Shown here piece by piece: positions 1-7,572 of a stretch of 40,936 nucleotides of DNA. The number at the start of each line of letters is the position of its first letter. Positions within the stretch are counted from its first letter, which is position 1. The DNA comes from a virus. Lineage: Duplodnaviria > Caudoviricetes. Position numbers and translations under genes: made by a program. The notes under the pieces were generated by a model. It did not search any database and was not told the DNA's origin. It saw only the letters and a program-made list of their open reading frames with translations. Location: the IMG/VR virus record IMGVR_UViG_3300020045_007838, positions 1 to 40,936 of that record; one strand, given 5' to 3'.

Positions 1-2
1 GA

Positions 3-713
3 GAGTTGCATAATTTGATCGGTCCAAAGGGCGGCGGAAAATCATCGCTCGTTAGGACTTGGCTTCTGGAAACTCTACTGCAAGGCAAAAAGCCATTTCT
101 GCATTTATCTGAGGAGACACCTGAAAAATATCTAGTTCCGATCTACCGCGCTCTCAGAAATGTTTTGAAGGATGATTCCAAGGCAAAGGATTTTTTAAAT
201 AACATTTCAGTTCAAAGTGAAAAAAGTTTTGATAATCAATATCAGAAAATTGAACTCGTGGATAAGCTTGAATATCGCGTAAAAGAAACAGGATCGGACA
301 TAGTTTTTCATGACAACTTTACAACATCGATCATGTCTCTTCAGGGCGTTTCAAAAGAAGCCGAATACGCGCATAAAATGAGTCATCTGGCAGAGAAACT
401 TAATAAGCCGATCATTGTTCTTTCACATACAGCAAAGCAATTTAAAAACACCACCTACGCCACAGGCGAAGACGTGAGGGGTAACGCGACTCTGCCTAAT
501 ACGGCATCAGTGGTCTATGTAATTAATTCACTATTAAGCCATCCTGAAAAACCTTCATTTGTACTGGTCGATAAGTCCCGCTATCACTCTAAAGCAAATA
601 AGCAAGTTTATAGAATTCAATACGACTCCAAGGATGGAATATTTTACTCGGATGCGAGAAGTTCATTTCAGGCCATGGCAGACTATTGGAAAGTAAAAAA
701 GGAGCGAAGATGA
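3..713 (+). CDS. DnaB/SF4-like replicative helicase, 5'-truncated by window edge (allele A)
   Basis: Walker A GPKGGGKS, Walker B-like VFHD, SHT and DVRG motifs; 2 aa differences from 38174..39001. Confidence 0.8.
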   Translation, partial: ELHNLIGPKGGGKSSLVRTWLLETLLQGKKPFLHLSEETPEKYLVPIYRALRNVLKDDSKAKDFLNNISVQSEKSFDNQYQKIELVDKLEYRVKETGSDIVFHDNFTTSIMSLQGVSKEAEYAHKMSHLAEKLNKPIIVLSHTAKQFKNTTYATGEDVRGNATLPNTASVVYVINSLLSHPEKPSFVLVDKSRYHSKANKQVYRIQYDSKDGIFYSDARSSFQAMADYWKVKKERR

Positions 714-1054
714 AACAAGAAAGAATTTTTTGGCAGCTACTAAACGAGATCCCGCGAGTTACACCGGAATTAAAACCTGATGCGGTAAATCTTTACATGA
801 ACAAGAAAACGCAAGCGGTAGAAAGATTTTGGAATGCGATGTCACCATTTCAAAAACATGTTTGCTATATGTACTCGTACCGACTGCGTACTGATCTAGA
901 AAATATTAATCTATATCTAGAAACACAATCTTTCATGGACATGCAAATAACTCACGATGATTTACCTAATTTCGTTAGCAGGATGACACCGGAAGAACTT
1001 TACAAGGAAGCATATTCAGTGCTCGGGAAAAAAGCACCAAAGACAAACGTATGA
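710..1054 (+). CDS. Hypothetical protein (allele A; homolog of 38998..39303)
   Basis: ATG 710 overlaps helicase stop, GGAG upstream; shares FW..M..Q.H, YLET and VLGKKAP with second copy. Confidence 0.75.
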   Translation: MKQERIFWQLLNEIPRVTPELKPDAVNLYMNKKTQAVERFWNAMSPFQKHVCYMYSYRLRTDLENINLYLETQSFMDMQITHDDLPNFVSRMTPEELYKEAYSVLGKKAPKTNV

Positions 1055-1329
1055 TGATAGAAATTTCTGCCAAGCAAATGATTTATTCTCTTATCGAAGG
1101 AGCAGACCTTGACTCAAAACTCGACGTTCTCACAAGCCTCGGACTTGCAACAGAGAATACAGAAATTTTCCGAGTCACTGAAGAAATTAGATCGGAGCTT
1201 TGTGATAAAGAAAATCCCGAAGACGGGAAAGAGACAGGAGTATCAATTATTCCAGAACGAGGAATTGATCGGGATATTTTATCGGAAGCATGCGATGGAG
1301 AAAATTCGCCAGCTATCGTAGAAAAATGA
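1051..1329 (+). CDS. Hypothetical protein (allele A; homolog of 39300..39572)
   Basis: ATGA coupling; N-terminal half conserved with second copy (LIEG.D...K.D.LTS.GL, TEEIRSE). Confidence 0.7.
   Translation: MMIEISAKQMIYSLIEGADLDSKLDVLTSLGLATENTEIFRVTEEIRSELCDKENPEDGKETGVSIIPERGIDRDILSEACDGENSPAIVEK
1202..1321 (+). CDS. Small overlapping +1-frame ORF (about 39 aa)
   Basis: GTG 1202 with GGAG at 1194-1197; 22/40 aa identical to the equivalent frame in the second copy. Confidence 0.5.
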   Translation: MIKKIPKTGKRQEYQLFQNEELIGIFYRKHAMEKIRQLS

Positions 1330-1886
1330 AAGCTTTTGTTTGTGACTTGGAGAGTTCGGGTTTGGATTTTTTCAGAAACGAAATACTTTCTTTGTCATGC
1401 TCCTATGTCGAGGACGAAAAAGAACTTGGATCAATCGAGGTAACCTTCAGACCTGAGAGTAAATTTTGGGATGATGGTGCTGAGAAAGTTCACGGCATCT
1501 CTAAATTCGCAGCGGCGAGATTTGATGACCGAAAAGAATCATCAAAGAAGTTTTTGGATTTCATAAAATCATTTCCAAGATCGCCTATGGTATGCCATGC
1601 GCTAAAGATGCGTGGCTTGTTTGATGCAATCTTTTTGGAAGCTCATTATGAGTTAATGGATCAGAGATTTGAATTGTATAAATCGTTCTCTCGCTATGAA
1701 TCCACATTGATGATGATGAAAGAGCTTCATAAGAATGGTGTATTTCAATTAGAAAAGTTTTCACTCGATTATCTGTGTAATCAATTTAGTATTCCATTAG
1801 TACATCATGATGCGAAGTCAGACAGATTGGCGTGTCAGCAGCTATACTGGATAGCGCAGAAACATTTAAAGAAAGGGGAATTATGA
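1326..1886 (+). CDS. DEDDh 3'-5' exonuclease (DnaQ-like), allele A
   Basis: CDLESSG (ExoI), FD (ExoII), HHDAKSD (ExoIII). Confidence 0.9.
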   Translation: MKAFVCDLESSGLDFFRNEILSLSCSYVEDEKELGSIEVTFRPESKFWDDGAEKVHGISKFAAARFDDRKESSKKFLDFIKSFPRSPMVCHALKMRGLFDAIFLEAHYELMDQRFELYKSFSRYESTLMMMKELHKNGVFQLEKFSLDYLCNQFSIPLVHHDAKSDRLACQQLYWIAQKHLKKGEL

Positions 1887-2434
1887 TAGTTAAAAAAGAG
1901 GACTTTGTAAAAGTTGATAATCATTTTGAAATTGTGATTTCTGGCAAAGTGGTAAAAATAGATGAAAAAGATTTATGGATATTAGACCATTTCCATACTT
2001 GGTTTATTTTAAAGAGACACGTTTCATGTCAGAGAATAATTCCCTATGAATTTGGGTATGCATCACAAAGAGTTTATCTACATAGACTCGTAATGAAGGA
2101 TTACGCCGTCTCCAAGCACGAAGTAGACCATATTAATAGAGACGGCTATGACAACAGAAGGATAAATTTAAGGTTTGCATCAAGAGCGGAAAACGGAAGA
2201 AACACAAAGATGAGAAACACATCAACTCCCTATAAGGGAGTTACTGACACTAAAAGGCCATTAAAGAAAAGATTTGTAGTTTATGCACCATCCACTGTTG
2301 ATGGTAAAAGAAAAGCAAAAAACATTGGCTTCTACTTAACTGCGGAAGAGGCAGCGCGAGCGTACGACTCGGCCGCAATTAAAGAGTACGGAGAGTTCGC
2401 TTATCTTAATTTTCCAGAGGAGCATGGAAGATGA
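1883..2434 (+). CDS. HNH endonuclease with AP2 DNA-binding domain (homing-type)
   Basis: LHRLVM, VDHINRDGYDNRRINLR, YKGV and AARAYDSAAIKEYGEFAYLNFP motifs. Confidence 0.9.
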   Translation: MIVKKEDFVKVDNHFEIVISGKVVKIDEKDLWILDHFHTWFILKRHVSCQRIIPYEFGYASQRVYLHRLVMKDYAVSKHEVDHINRDGYDNRRINLRFASRAENGRNTKMRNTSTPYKGVTDTKRPLKKRFVVYAPSTVDGKRKAKNIGFYLTAEEAARAYDSAAIKEYGEFAYLNFPEEHGR

Positions 2435-2715
2435 AAAATTGGTCTATTCAGCAAGGCTGTGTTGCATGTGAAAAGGTTACTGAAAATGGATCTGTGCTAC
2501 ATCACTTGATGAGTCGAAAGGCGCACCCTGAGCATCAATTAAAAACTTGGAACTTACTACCTCTCTGCAGTTTTTGCCATACGGAAATCCACGCCCGTGG
2601 CACTACTCACATGAGCGCAAAATATCAAGGTGTACTGCGATGGCTCGAAGCAAACAATTGGATATTTGATTCGTTTCAAAATAAGTGGCGGCACGAGGGC
2701 GCAAATCTTTCATAG
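2431..2715 (+). CDS. Small HNH-type Zn-binding nuclease (allele A)
   Basis: CxxC, HH, NLLPLCSFCHTEIH pattern. Confidence 0.75.
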   Translation: MKNWSIQQGCVACEKVTENGSVLHHLMSRKAHPEHQLKTWNLLPLCSFCHTEIHARGTTHMSAKYQGVLRWLEANNWIFDSFQNKWRHEGANLS

Positions 2716-2786
2716 TCGAGAAAATTAATTAGACAAGAGATGTTAAATTCAGGAAGAATTGAGCTACACAAACAAAGGGGAATAAA

Positions 2787-3134
2787 ATGGAAAAATGCAA
2801 TTTAGACAATCTAACCTATGGCCAAATTAAAGAATTGAAAAATCTTATTCATGGGCAATCAGCAATCGCTTCGGACCATCCATTCGAGATTGGTAAAAAG
2901 TATTTGATTCGAACAGTGACAATGATTCAGACAGGAATGGTTAAGTCCATTCGAGGCAAATTCATTGTATTGGAACAGGCAGCTTGGATTGCAGACACTG
3001 GAAGATTTTCGGAAGCCCTTGAGGATCAAGAAAAAATGAAAGAGGTAGAGCCATTCAAAAATGATGCAATCGTAAACATGGACACTATTGTCGATGCAAC
3101 AGAGATCACTGTTCTCATTAGAAAATTAAAATGA
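2787..3134 (+). CDS. Hypothetical protein, possible Sm/SH3-like beta-barrel (DUF6948-like)
   Basis: AAGGGG RBS; IGKKYLIRTVT..TG, AAWIADTGRF and EVEPF motifs recalled from phage proteins that precede low-complexity repeat ORFs; fold is inferred. Confidence 0.6.
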   Translation: MEKCNLDNLTYGQIKELKNLIHGQSAIASDHPFEIGKKYLIRTVTMIQTGMVKSIRGKFIVLEQAAWIADTGRFSEALEDQEKMKEVEPFKNDAIVNMDTIVDATEITVLIRKLK

Positions 3135-3349
3135 ACGCGGCCGCACTCAGAGTTGGTCATGATCGGTCAGGGTCAGGGTCAGGGTCACGGTCAGGGTCAT
3201 GGTCACGGTCATGGTCAGGGTCAGGGTCATGGTCACGGTCATGGTCACGGTCATGGTCACGGTCAGGGTCATGGTCACGGTCACGGTCACGGTCACGGTC
3301 AGGGTCAGGGTCAGGGTCAGGGTCATGGTCATGGTCACGGTCATTTTAA
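3131..3349 (+). CDS. Low-complexity Ser-(Gly/Arg/Trp) dipeptide-repeat peptide
   Basis: ATGA-coupled to upstream gene; MNAAALRVGHD leader then alternating S-X. Confidence 0.55.
   Translation: MNAAALRVGHDRSGSGSGSRSGSWSRSWSGSGSWSRSWSRSWSRSGSWSRSRSRSRSGSGSGSGSWSWSRSF
3165..3344 (+). repeat. Tandem hexamer repeat GGTCA[G/T/C], 30 units
   Basis: Read directly: 180 bp, first five bases invariant. Confidence 0.97.
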
Positions 3350-3362
3350 GAAAGGATTCCTT

Positions 3363-3530
3363 ATGAACAAAAGATCAGACGTTGAATTTTTCGAAGGGCT
3401 ATTTGTATTGCTCGCGTTTTATTCCGTGATTGGAATTTGCGCCTACTTCGTTTTCGATAACATGAAGAAACCGAAGATTCACAGAGGTGTCTCGAATATT
3501 AAACCCGCTTTCAGGACGGTAGCGAAATGA
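3363..3530 (+). CDS. Small membrane protein
   Basis: ATG 3363 with AAGGA RBS; hydrophobic GLFVLLAFYSVIGICAYFVF segment. Confidence 0.6.
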   Translation: MNKRSDVEFFEGLFVLLAFYSVIGICAYFVFDNMKKPKIHRGVSNIKPAFRTVAK

Positions 3531-3859
3531 ATCAGCCGAAGTTCAAGATCGGGGACAATGTAAGACACTCTGATGGTCGAATTTTTATAGTAAACGGAGT
3601 TTTAAGTTGGGCCCTCTATAAAAATGGCACAGAAGAGAAAACCTTTGCATACATTAAAGACATGTCCATGACGCCTGAGGTAGAGCGAGAACTTGAGCTT
3701 TATCAAGAGCCCGAAAAGAAGAAACTGTATGCGTACAAATCAGAGCATGGGGATGAAGTAAAGCTCACTTCTCGCGAGTGTGGAGAATGGGTCGGGCATT
3801 ACACAGATAGATATTTCAGGTGCTCTGAATACGACATCGAATATCCAGAGGCGAAATGA
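3527..3859 (+). CDS. Hypothetical protein (N-terminal KOW/SH3-like)
   Basis: PKFKIGDNV start; ATGA coupling. Confidence 0.65.
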   Translation: MNQPKFKIGDNVRHSDGRIFIVNGVLSWALYKNGTEEKTFAYIKDMSMTPEVERELELYQEPEKKKLYAYKSEHGDEVKLTSRECGEWVGHYTDRYFRCSEYDIEYPEAK

Positions 3860-4032
3860 AACCTCTCCTTAATTCCCGCATCGAAGAACTGTCTGTATCT
3901 GTAATGAAAACGCTGGCGATGCTTAAGCTTGCACAGACACCTCGAGCAAAAAGAATGCATAGAACGAAGCTGATTGAAATGAGATTGCAATTGAAAACAA
4001 ATAAGGAACTTTTGAAAAGGATGAATGGATGA
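3856..4032 (+). CDS. Small basic hypothetical protein, 58 aa (not in ORF track)
   Basis: Manual translation MKPLLNSRIEEL...KRMNG; ATGA-coupled at both ends, GAGG RBS. Confidence 0.65.
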   Translation: MKPLLNSRIEELSVSVMKTLAMLKLAQTPRAKRMHRTKLIEMRLQLKTNKELLKRMNG

Positions 4033-4208
4033 AAAGGGAATGGACTGTCGAGCACAATATTGCACTAATGATAATTGGTGCATTCTTAGCTATAACAATC
4101 GCGATTAACAGAGCATGGGATAATGATGATTTACTTATAAAGAATGACTATTGTCAGTATCAAGCAATGGGAACGAGTTCTAAGCTTATTCAAAAGTGCA
4201 GAAAATGA
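4029..4208 (+). CDS. Small membrane-anchored protein, 59 aa (not in ORF track)
   Basis: Manual translation MKREWTVEHNIALMIIGAFLAITIAI...KCRK; ATGA-coupled. Confidence 0.65.
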   Translation: MKREWTVEHNIALMIIGAFLAITIAINRAWDNDDLLIKNDYCQYQAMGTSSKLIQKCRK

Positions 4209-4789
4209 AATACCTACTCCTACTCTCTCTTCTTGCCTGCGCCACTCGCTACATTCCAACCAATGACCCGAATACGGAAGTAAACAGGTCAGAAGTTGAC
4301 CCGATTAAGGCTGAGGTGCCGGAAGTTGTCACTCCACCTGCTCCAATCATTACGATTACAGAATGTCGCAATTGCACTGAAGCTGAAGTCGAGAAATACA
4401 AAAAGGTGTTAGCTAAAACTCGTGATGTTATGCATTCACAATGCTTTAAAGATTTTATCTTGAATCGCAAAATGATTCAGACGAGTGAGCGAACTTCTCA
4501 AGAAGTCTTGAGTCATGTCCTTACTGGGAATAGAGAGATCACAATCGAGCTATATTACAATCGATGGGTTTCTACTGTTGGGTATACTTACCCCCATGTG
4601 ACGAATATTTGGTTCAATCGAAAATACCATAACAGCTACGGCATCTGTGAATCAGCCTCGAATTTGTCTCATGAAGGTGCTTGCCATAAAAACGGATACT
4701 CACATGACATGAACTACTCTCCGTCAAGAGACTATAGTGTTTGCTACTCATTTAATGCTGCTTTTAATCAATGCTGCAAGAAGGAATGA
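4205..4789 (+). CDS. Lipoprotein with zinc-metallopeptidase-like motif
   Basis: MKYLLLLSLLAC lipobox; VGYTYP..IWFN and HEGACHKNGYSH (HExxHxxGxxH with one extra residue). Confidence 0.7.
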   Translation: MKYLLLLSLLACATRYIPTNDPNTEVNRSEVDPIKAEVPEVVTPPAPIITITECRNCTEAEVEKYKKVLAKTRDVMHSQCFKDFILNRKMIQTSERTSQEVLSHVLTGNREITIELYYNRWVSTVGYTYPHVTNIWFNRKYHNSYGICESASNLSHEGACHKNGYSHDMNYSPSRDYSVCYSFNAAFNQCCKKE

Positions 4790-4790
4790 G

Positions 4791-5777
4791 ATGAAAACGA
4801 TAGTAATTAAAACACAGGCCGAATTAGATGCTTTGCCAGAATCTTTCACGGAATACACCGTTATTGAAATTAGGTCTGAGTTTAGAGTTTGGGTTAATAA
4901 ATCTTGGGAAAATTCCAGTGTCGTAGCTCGGGGAAATTCCCGTGTCGTAGCTCGGGGAAATTCCCGTGTCGTAGCTCGGGGAAATTCCCGTGTTGAAGCT
5001 TGGGGAAATTCCCGTGTCGTAGCTCGGGGAAATTCCCGTGTTGAAGCTTGGGAAAATTCCCGTGTTGAAGCTTGGGAAAATTCCCGTGTTGAAGCTTGGG
5101 GAAATTCCCGTGTCGTAGCTCGGGGAAATTCCCGTGTTGAAGCTTGGGAAAATTCCCGTGTTGAAGCTTGGGAAAATTCCCGTGTTGATGTATTCCTATG
5201 TGCGACTCTTTTTGTCTACTCGGCCTATGTAATTATTAAAAGCCTTAGGGATAACGCAAGACTGGTCTACAAAACCTCAAGCCGCAATAGACCCGAAAAA
5301 TATGACCCTACAGCAACAATTGTTGAGTTTGAAAACATTGTCACTCCAACTTTTGAGCAATGGCTAGAACGTGGATACGTTGTGGCCGACGGTATTGAGA
5401 GAAAGCTTGTTTCAAAAAAGAAAACTGGAGATGTGACAATTTTCAAAGTCTCAGATTTTCACGGCAAAGAATCTTTTGTCGTAAAACGTGGCGGCTCATT
5501 CGCTCATGGCGAAACAGTCAAAGAAGCGATGAATGATTTGAAATTCAAAATATCTGACCGAGACACAACCAGGTTTAAATCATGGACGCTGGAAACAATC
5601 GCAACACAAGACGAGATGATTGAAGCTTATAGAAAAATCACAGGTGCGTGCGCTGCCGGAGTTAAGGGATTTTTAGAGCAAAGAAAGCTTCCAAAAAAAC
5701 TGACCGTACTAGAAGTTATTGGCGAGACTCAAGGCTGCTATGGTGGGAGCGAGTTTGAGAAGTTTTTTATTGGTTGA
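4791..5777 (+). CDS. 8-aa repeat (beta-solenoid-like) protein with conserved phage C-terminal domain
   Basis: ATG 4791 with AAGGA RBS; 11 NSRV[V/E]A[R/W][G/E] repeats; FAHGET, YRKITGACAAG and YGG motifs. Confidence 0.8.
   Translation: MKTIVIKTQAELDALPESFTEYTVIEIRSEFRVWVNKSWENSSVVARGNSRVVARGNSRVVARGNSRVEAWGNSRVVARGNSRVEAWENSRVEAWENSRVEAWGNSRVVARGNSRVEAWENSRVEAWENSRVDVFLCATLFVYSAYVIIKSLRDNARLVYKTSSRNRPEKYDPTATIVEFENIVTPTFEQWLERGYVVADGIERKLVSKKKTGDVTIFKVSDFHGKESFVVKRGGSFAHGETVKEAMNDLKFKISDRDTTRFKSWTLETIATQDEMIEAYRKITGACAAGVKGFLEQRKLPKKLTVLEVIGETQGCYGGSEFEKFFIG
4911..5186 (+). repeat. Tandem 24-bp coding repeat, ~11.5 units, with 96-bp higher-order duplication
   Basis: AATTCCCGTGT[C/T]G[T/A]AGCT[C/T]GGG[G/A]A units; 4983-5078 equals 5079-5174. 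Confidence 0.95.
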
Positions 5778-5808
5778 ATGGGATTGAAAATTATCGTGCG
5801 GGGGAAAG

Positions 5809-6162
5809 ATGAGCAGTTACACACAAGAACAATACGATCACTACAAAGATCGGATGAAAGAGTTTTCTGAGAAGTATAACCAAGACACTGGTAAAGCAGT
5901 TGAATTTGTCACTGGATTTGACGAAAAACATTGCGCCTATCGCTATGTTAAAATCCACGGTGCAGTAGAGTTAATGGGTGGCTGGGCAAACTGTTCTTAC
6001 TGGATGCAAAACCATGCTGCTAATTACTTCCAGACCTGCGAAAAACTGGCTTTGCTTTTGAACCAAACTATCAATCAAGTCAAAGACAAAAGCGAAAGAG
6101 AAAAGCTCAAAAAGAAAATGGAAGGTATCTTGGACCCGATGCTCAACGATGAATCACGATAA
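5809..6162 (+). CDS. Hypothetical protein
   Basis: 117-aa ORF with GGGGG RBS. Confidence 0.7.
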   Translation: MSSYTQEQYDHYKDRMKEFSEKYNQDTGKAVEFVTGFDEKHCAYRYVKIHGAVELMGGWANCSYWMQNHAANYFQTCEKLALLLNQTINQVKDKSEREKLKKKMEGILDPMLNDESR

Positions 6163-6196
6163 AAAACCTTATGGCGCGCACGGAAACGGAGAGAAT

Positions 6197-6307
6197 ATGA
6201 AACGAGTGAGAATAGGATATTGCAAAGATTGGTGTAGACATGTTGCCGTCGGGGGCGGGCAGTACGCATGCTTGAAATGTGGTCACGTTATCAGATTCAA
6301 ACTTTAA
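6197..6307 (+). CDS. 36-aa Zn-ribbon peptide (not in ORF track)
   Basis: MKRVRIGYCKDWCRHVAVGGGQYACLKCGHVIRFKL; ACGGAGAGAAT-ATG leader. Confidence 0.6.
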   Translation: MKRVRIGYCKDWCRHVAVGGGQYACLKCGHVIRFKL

Positions 6308-6317
6308 CGGAGAGAAT

Positions 6318-6557
6318 ATGATTTACCCGAAAGAGACACTTGAAAAAAGATACCTAAACGATCCGGAGTTTCATGCGGTCGTAAAATTCCTAGAGTCAGC
6401 CATAAAACCCGAATTTGGTCTTACGTCTTTGGATATTAGGGATGCTGCATTTTATGCCAGAATTAGGTTTGAAATGAGATACCCGCAACCAATCTGCATT
6501 AGTCCCGAGATGGCTGATTTACTTTTGCGAGAATGTAAGATTCCGGAAAAATATTAG
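6318..6557 (+). CDS. Hypothetical protein
   Basis: ATG 6318 with ACGGAGAGAAT leader; RYLNDPEFHAVV motif. Confidence 0.7.
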   Translation: MIYPKETLEKRYLNDPEFHAVVKFLESAIKPEFGLTSLDIRDAAFYARIRFEMRYPQPICISPEMADLLLRECKIPEKY

Positions 6558-6591
6558 CCACTCGGAAAGTAAACTTATCTTCGGAGAAAGA

Positions 6592-6717
6592 ATGACGATT
6601 GAGTTTGTTTTTAGAAAATATTTCCGGTGCTGGATTCCGAGGATTAAATATCTTCCGAGGTACGGATCGGCGCAGACTCAGTGGCTCTACATGGCAATTA
6701 ATGTCGAATGGTTTTAA
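6592..6717 (+). CDS. 41-aa aromatic-rich peptide (not in ORF track)
   Basis: MTIEFVFRKYFRCWIPRIKYLPRYGSAQTQWLYMAINVEWF; CGGAGAAAGA-ATG leader. Confidence 0.5.
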   Translation: MTIEFVFRKYFRCWIPRIKYLPRYGSAQTQWLYMAINVEWF

Positions 6718-6736
6718 CAAGATAACGGAGAAGAAA

Positions 6737-6880
6737 ATGAAACCATTAGATGAAAGTATTTTAAAAGCTCTACATGATGAGTTACCGAAAATTGAAGGCG
6801 TAACGTGGAGGCTTGATGCTTCCAGATATGCCCACTTTCATGGCTATAGAGTCGCGGTTACTGCCATTTTTGACATCTAA
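6737..6880 (+). CDS. 47-aa hypothetical protein
   Basis: ATG 6737 with ACGGAGAAGAAA leader; 3' part of track ORF 6599..6880. Confidence 0.55.
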   Translation: MKPLDESILKALHDELPKIEGVTWRLDASRYAHFHGYRVAVTAIFDI

Positions 6881-6895
6881 AGGAAGGGTGAGAAT

Positions 6896-7123
6896 ATGAA
6901 TAATGAGGATTGTGCAAGTGCGCACACCCCAACAAAAAAAGAAAAGGTCGCGATTATTTTTAGGCAATTAAAATACGCCATAAAGCTAAAGATGTCTGCC
7001 GCTTGGTGGAGATTTCTTTGGAGGTCGGGAACGGCAAGACCATACTCAAGAATAATGTGTCGCCTGAGTCTTTACGGAAACTTTCCAGACGGAAGATGCA
7101 AATACTGCGGGTACAAACACTAA
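6896..7123 (+). CDS. Hypothetical protein with C-terminal CxxC
   Basis: GGGTGAGAAT-ATG leader; DGRCKYCG. Confidence 0.65.
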   Translation: MNNEDCASAHTPTKKEKVAIIFRQLKYAIKLKMSAAWWRFLWRSGTARPYSRIMCRLSLYGNFPDGRCKYCGYKH

Positions 7124-7156
7124 TTAACTCTCCGCACACTTAGAATTAAGGAAATT

Positions 7157-7477
7157 ATGAGAACTCATCACGGCAACGGTTTTAATACATCGTGTCAAGG
7201 ACTACTCTATGGAGCCAAAACTTCTACCGATCGGGCCCTAATAGACTGTGACAGGTGCAAAATCTTTCTCGCGAGCAGAGAGAGAAAATTTATTCATCCA
7301 AACACGCCAAAAATTCACTTTGGTAGAAACTGGCCACTATGCAGGAACCCAGCAATTTACCCAGAAATGAGCTTGGACGCTGAAGAGATAACGTGCTCTA
7401 AATGCAAGATTCAGTTATACAATATTGCTAACGGGGTAGTTCCGATCAAGTACAGGAACAAATCAACTAAGAAATAG
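7157..7477 (+). CDS. Protein with two repeated H..C...CxxC Zn-finger units
   Basis: HHG..SC..IDCDRCK and IHFG..LC..ITCSKCK; AAGGA RBS. Confidence 0.7.
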   Translation: MRTHHGNGFNTSCQGLLYGAKTSTDRALIDCDRCKIFLASRERKFIHPNTPKIHFGRNWPLCRNPAIYPEMSLDAEEITCSKCKIQLYNIANGVVPIKYRNKSTKK

Positions 7478-7502
7478 AGCTTTCTTCTTTACTCTAGCTA
7501 CG

Positions 7503-7532
7503 TTGACTTAACGCAATCGCAAGCCTTACCAT
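7503..7532 (+). promoter_or_regulatory. Putative sigma70-like promoter for SEC-C/ParB/mom operon
   Basis: TTGACT-N18-TACCAT in intergenic gap. Confidence 0.45.
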
Positions 7533-7572
7533 TTTACTATAAGCGGTGCTTATGTAACCTCGGTGAGGTCAA

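Larger units (their letters stand above)
1..2719 (+). repeat. Allele A of duplicated replication module (homologous to 38289..40936)
   Basis: 1..121 identical to 38289..38409 and 2599..2719 identical to 40816..40936; interior divergent. Confidence 0.95.

Noticed and set aside
1-2719. True direct terminal repeat of the virion DNA
   Set aside because: Physical terminal repeats are identical; these differ in sequence and gene content and match only over two equal 121-bp anchors
3147-3362. His/Gly-rich (GHGQ) ORF from 3153 and minus-strand Thr-rich ORF 3147..3344
   Set aside because: Alternative frames of the hexamer repeat; the S-X frame has the coupled start, and the membrane gene has its own RBS and ATG at 3363
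4911-5186. 24-bp repeats with internal palindrome as a CRISPR array or DGR template/variable region
   Set aside because: No unique spacers, the repeats are in-frame coding, variation is not adenine-specific, and no cas or reverse transcriptase gene is present
6599-6736. 5' part of track ORF 6599..6880
   Set aside because: Better explained by 6592..6717 in another frame plus an RBS-supported start at 6737
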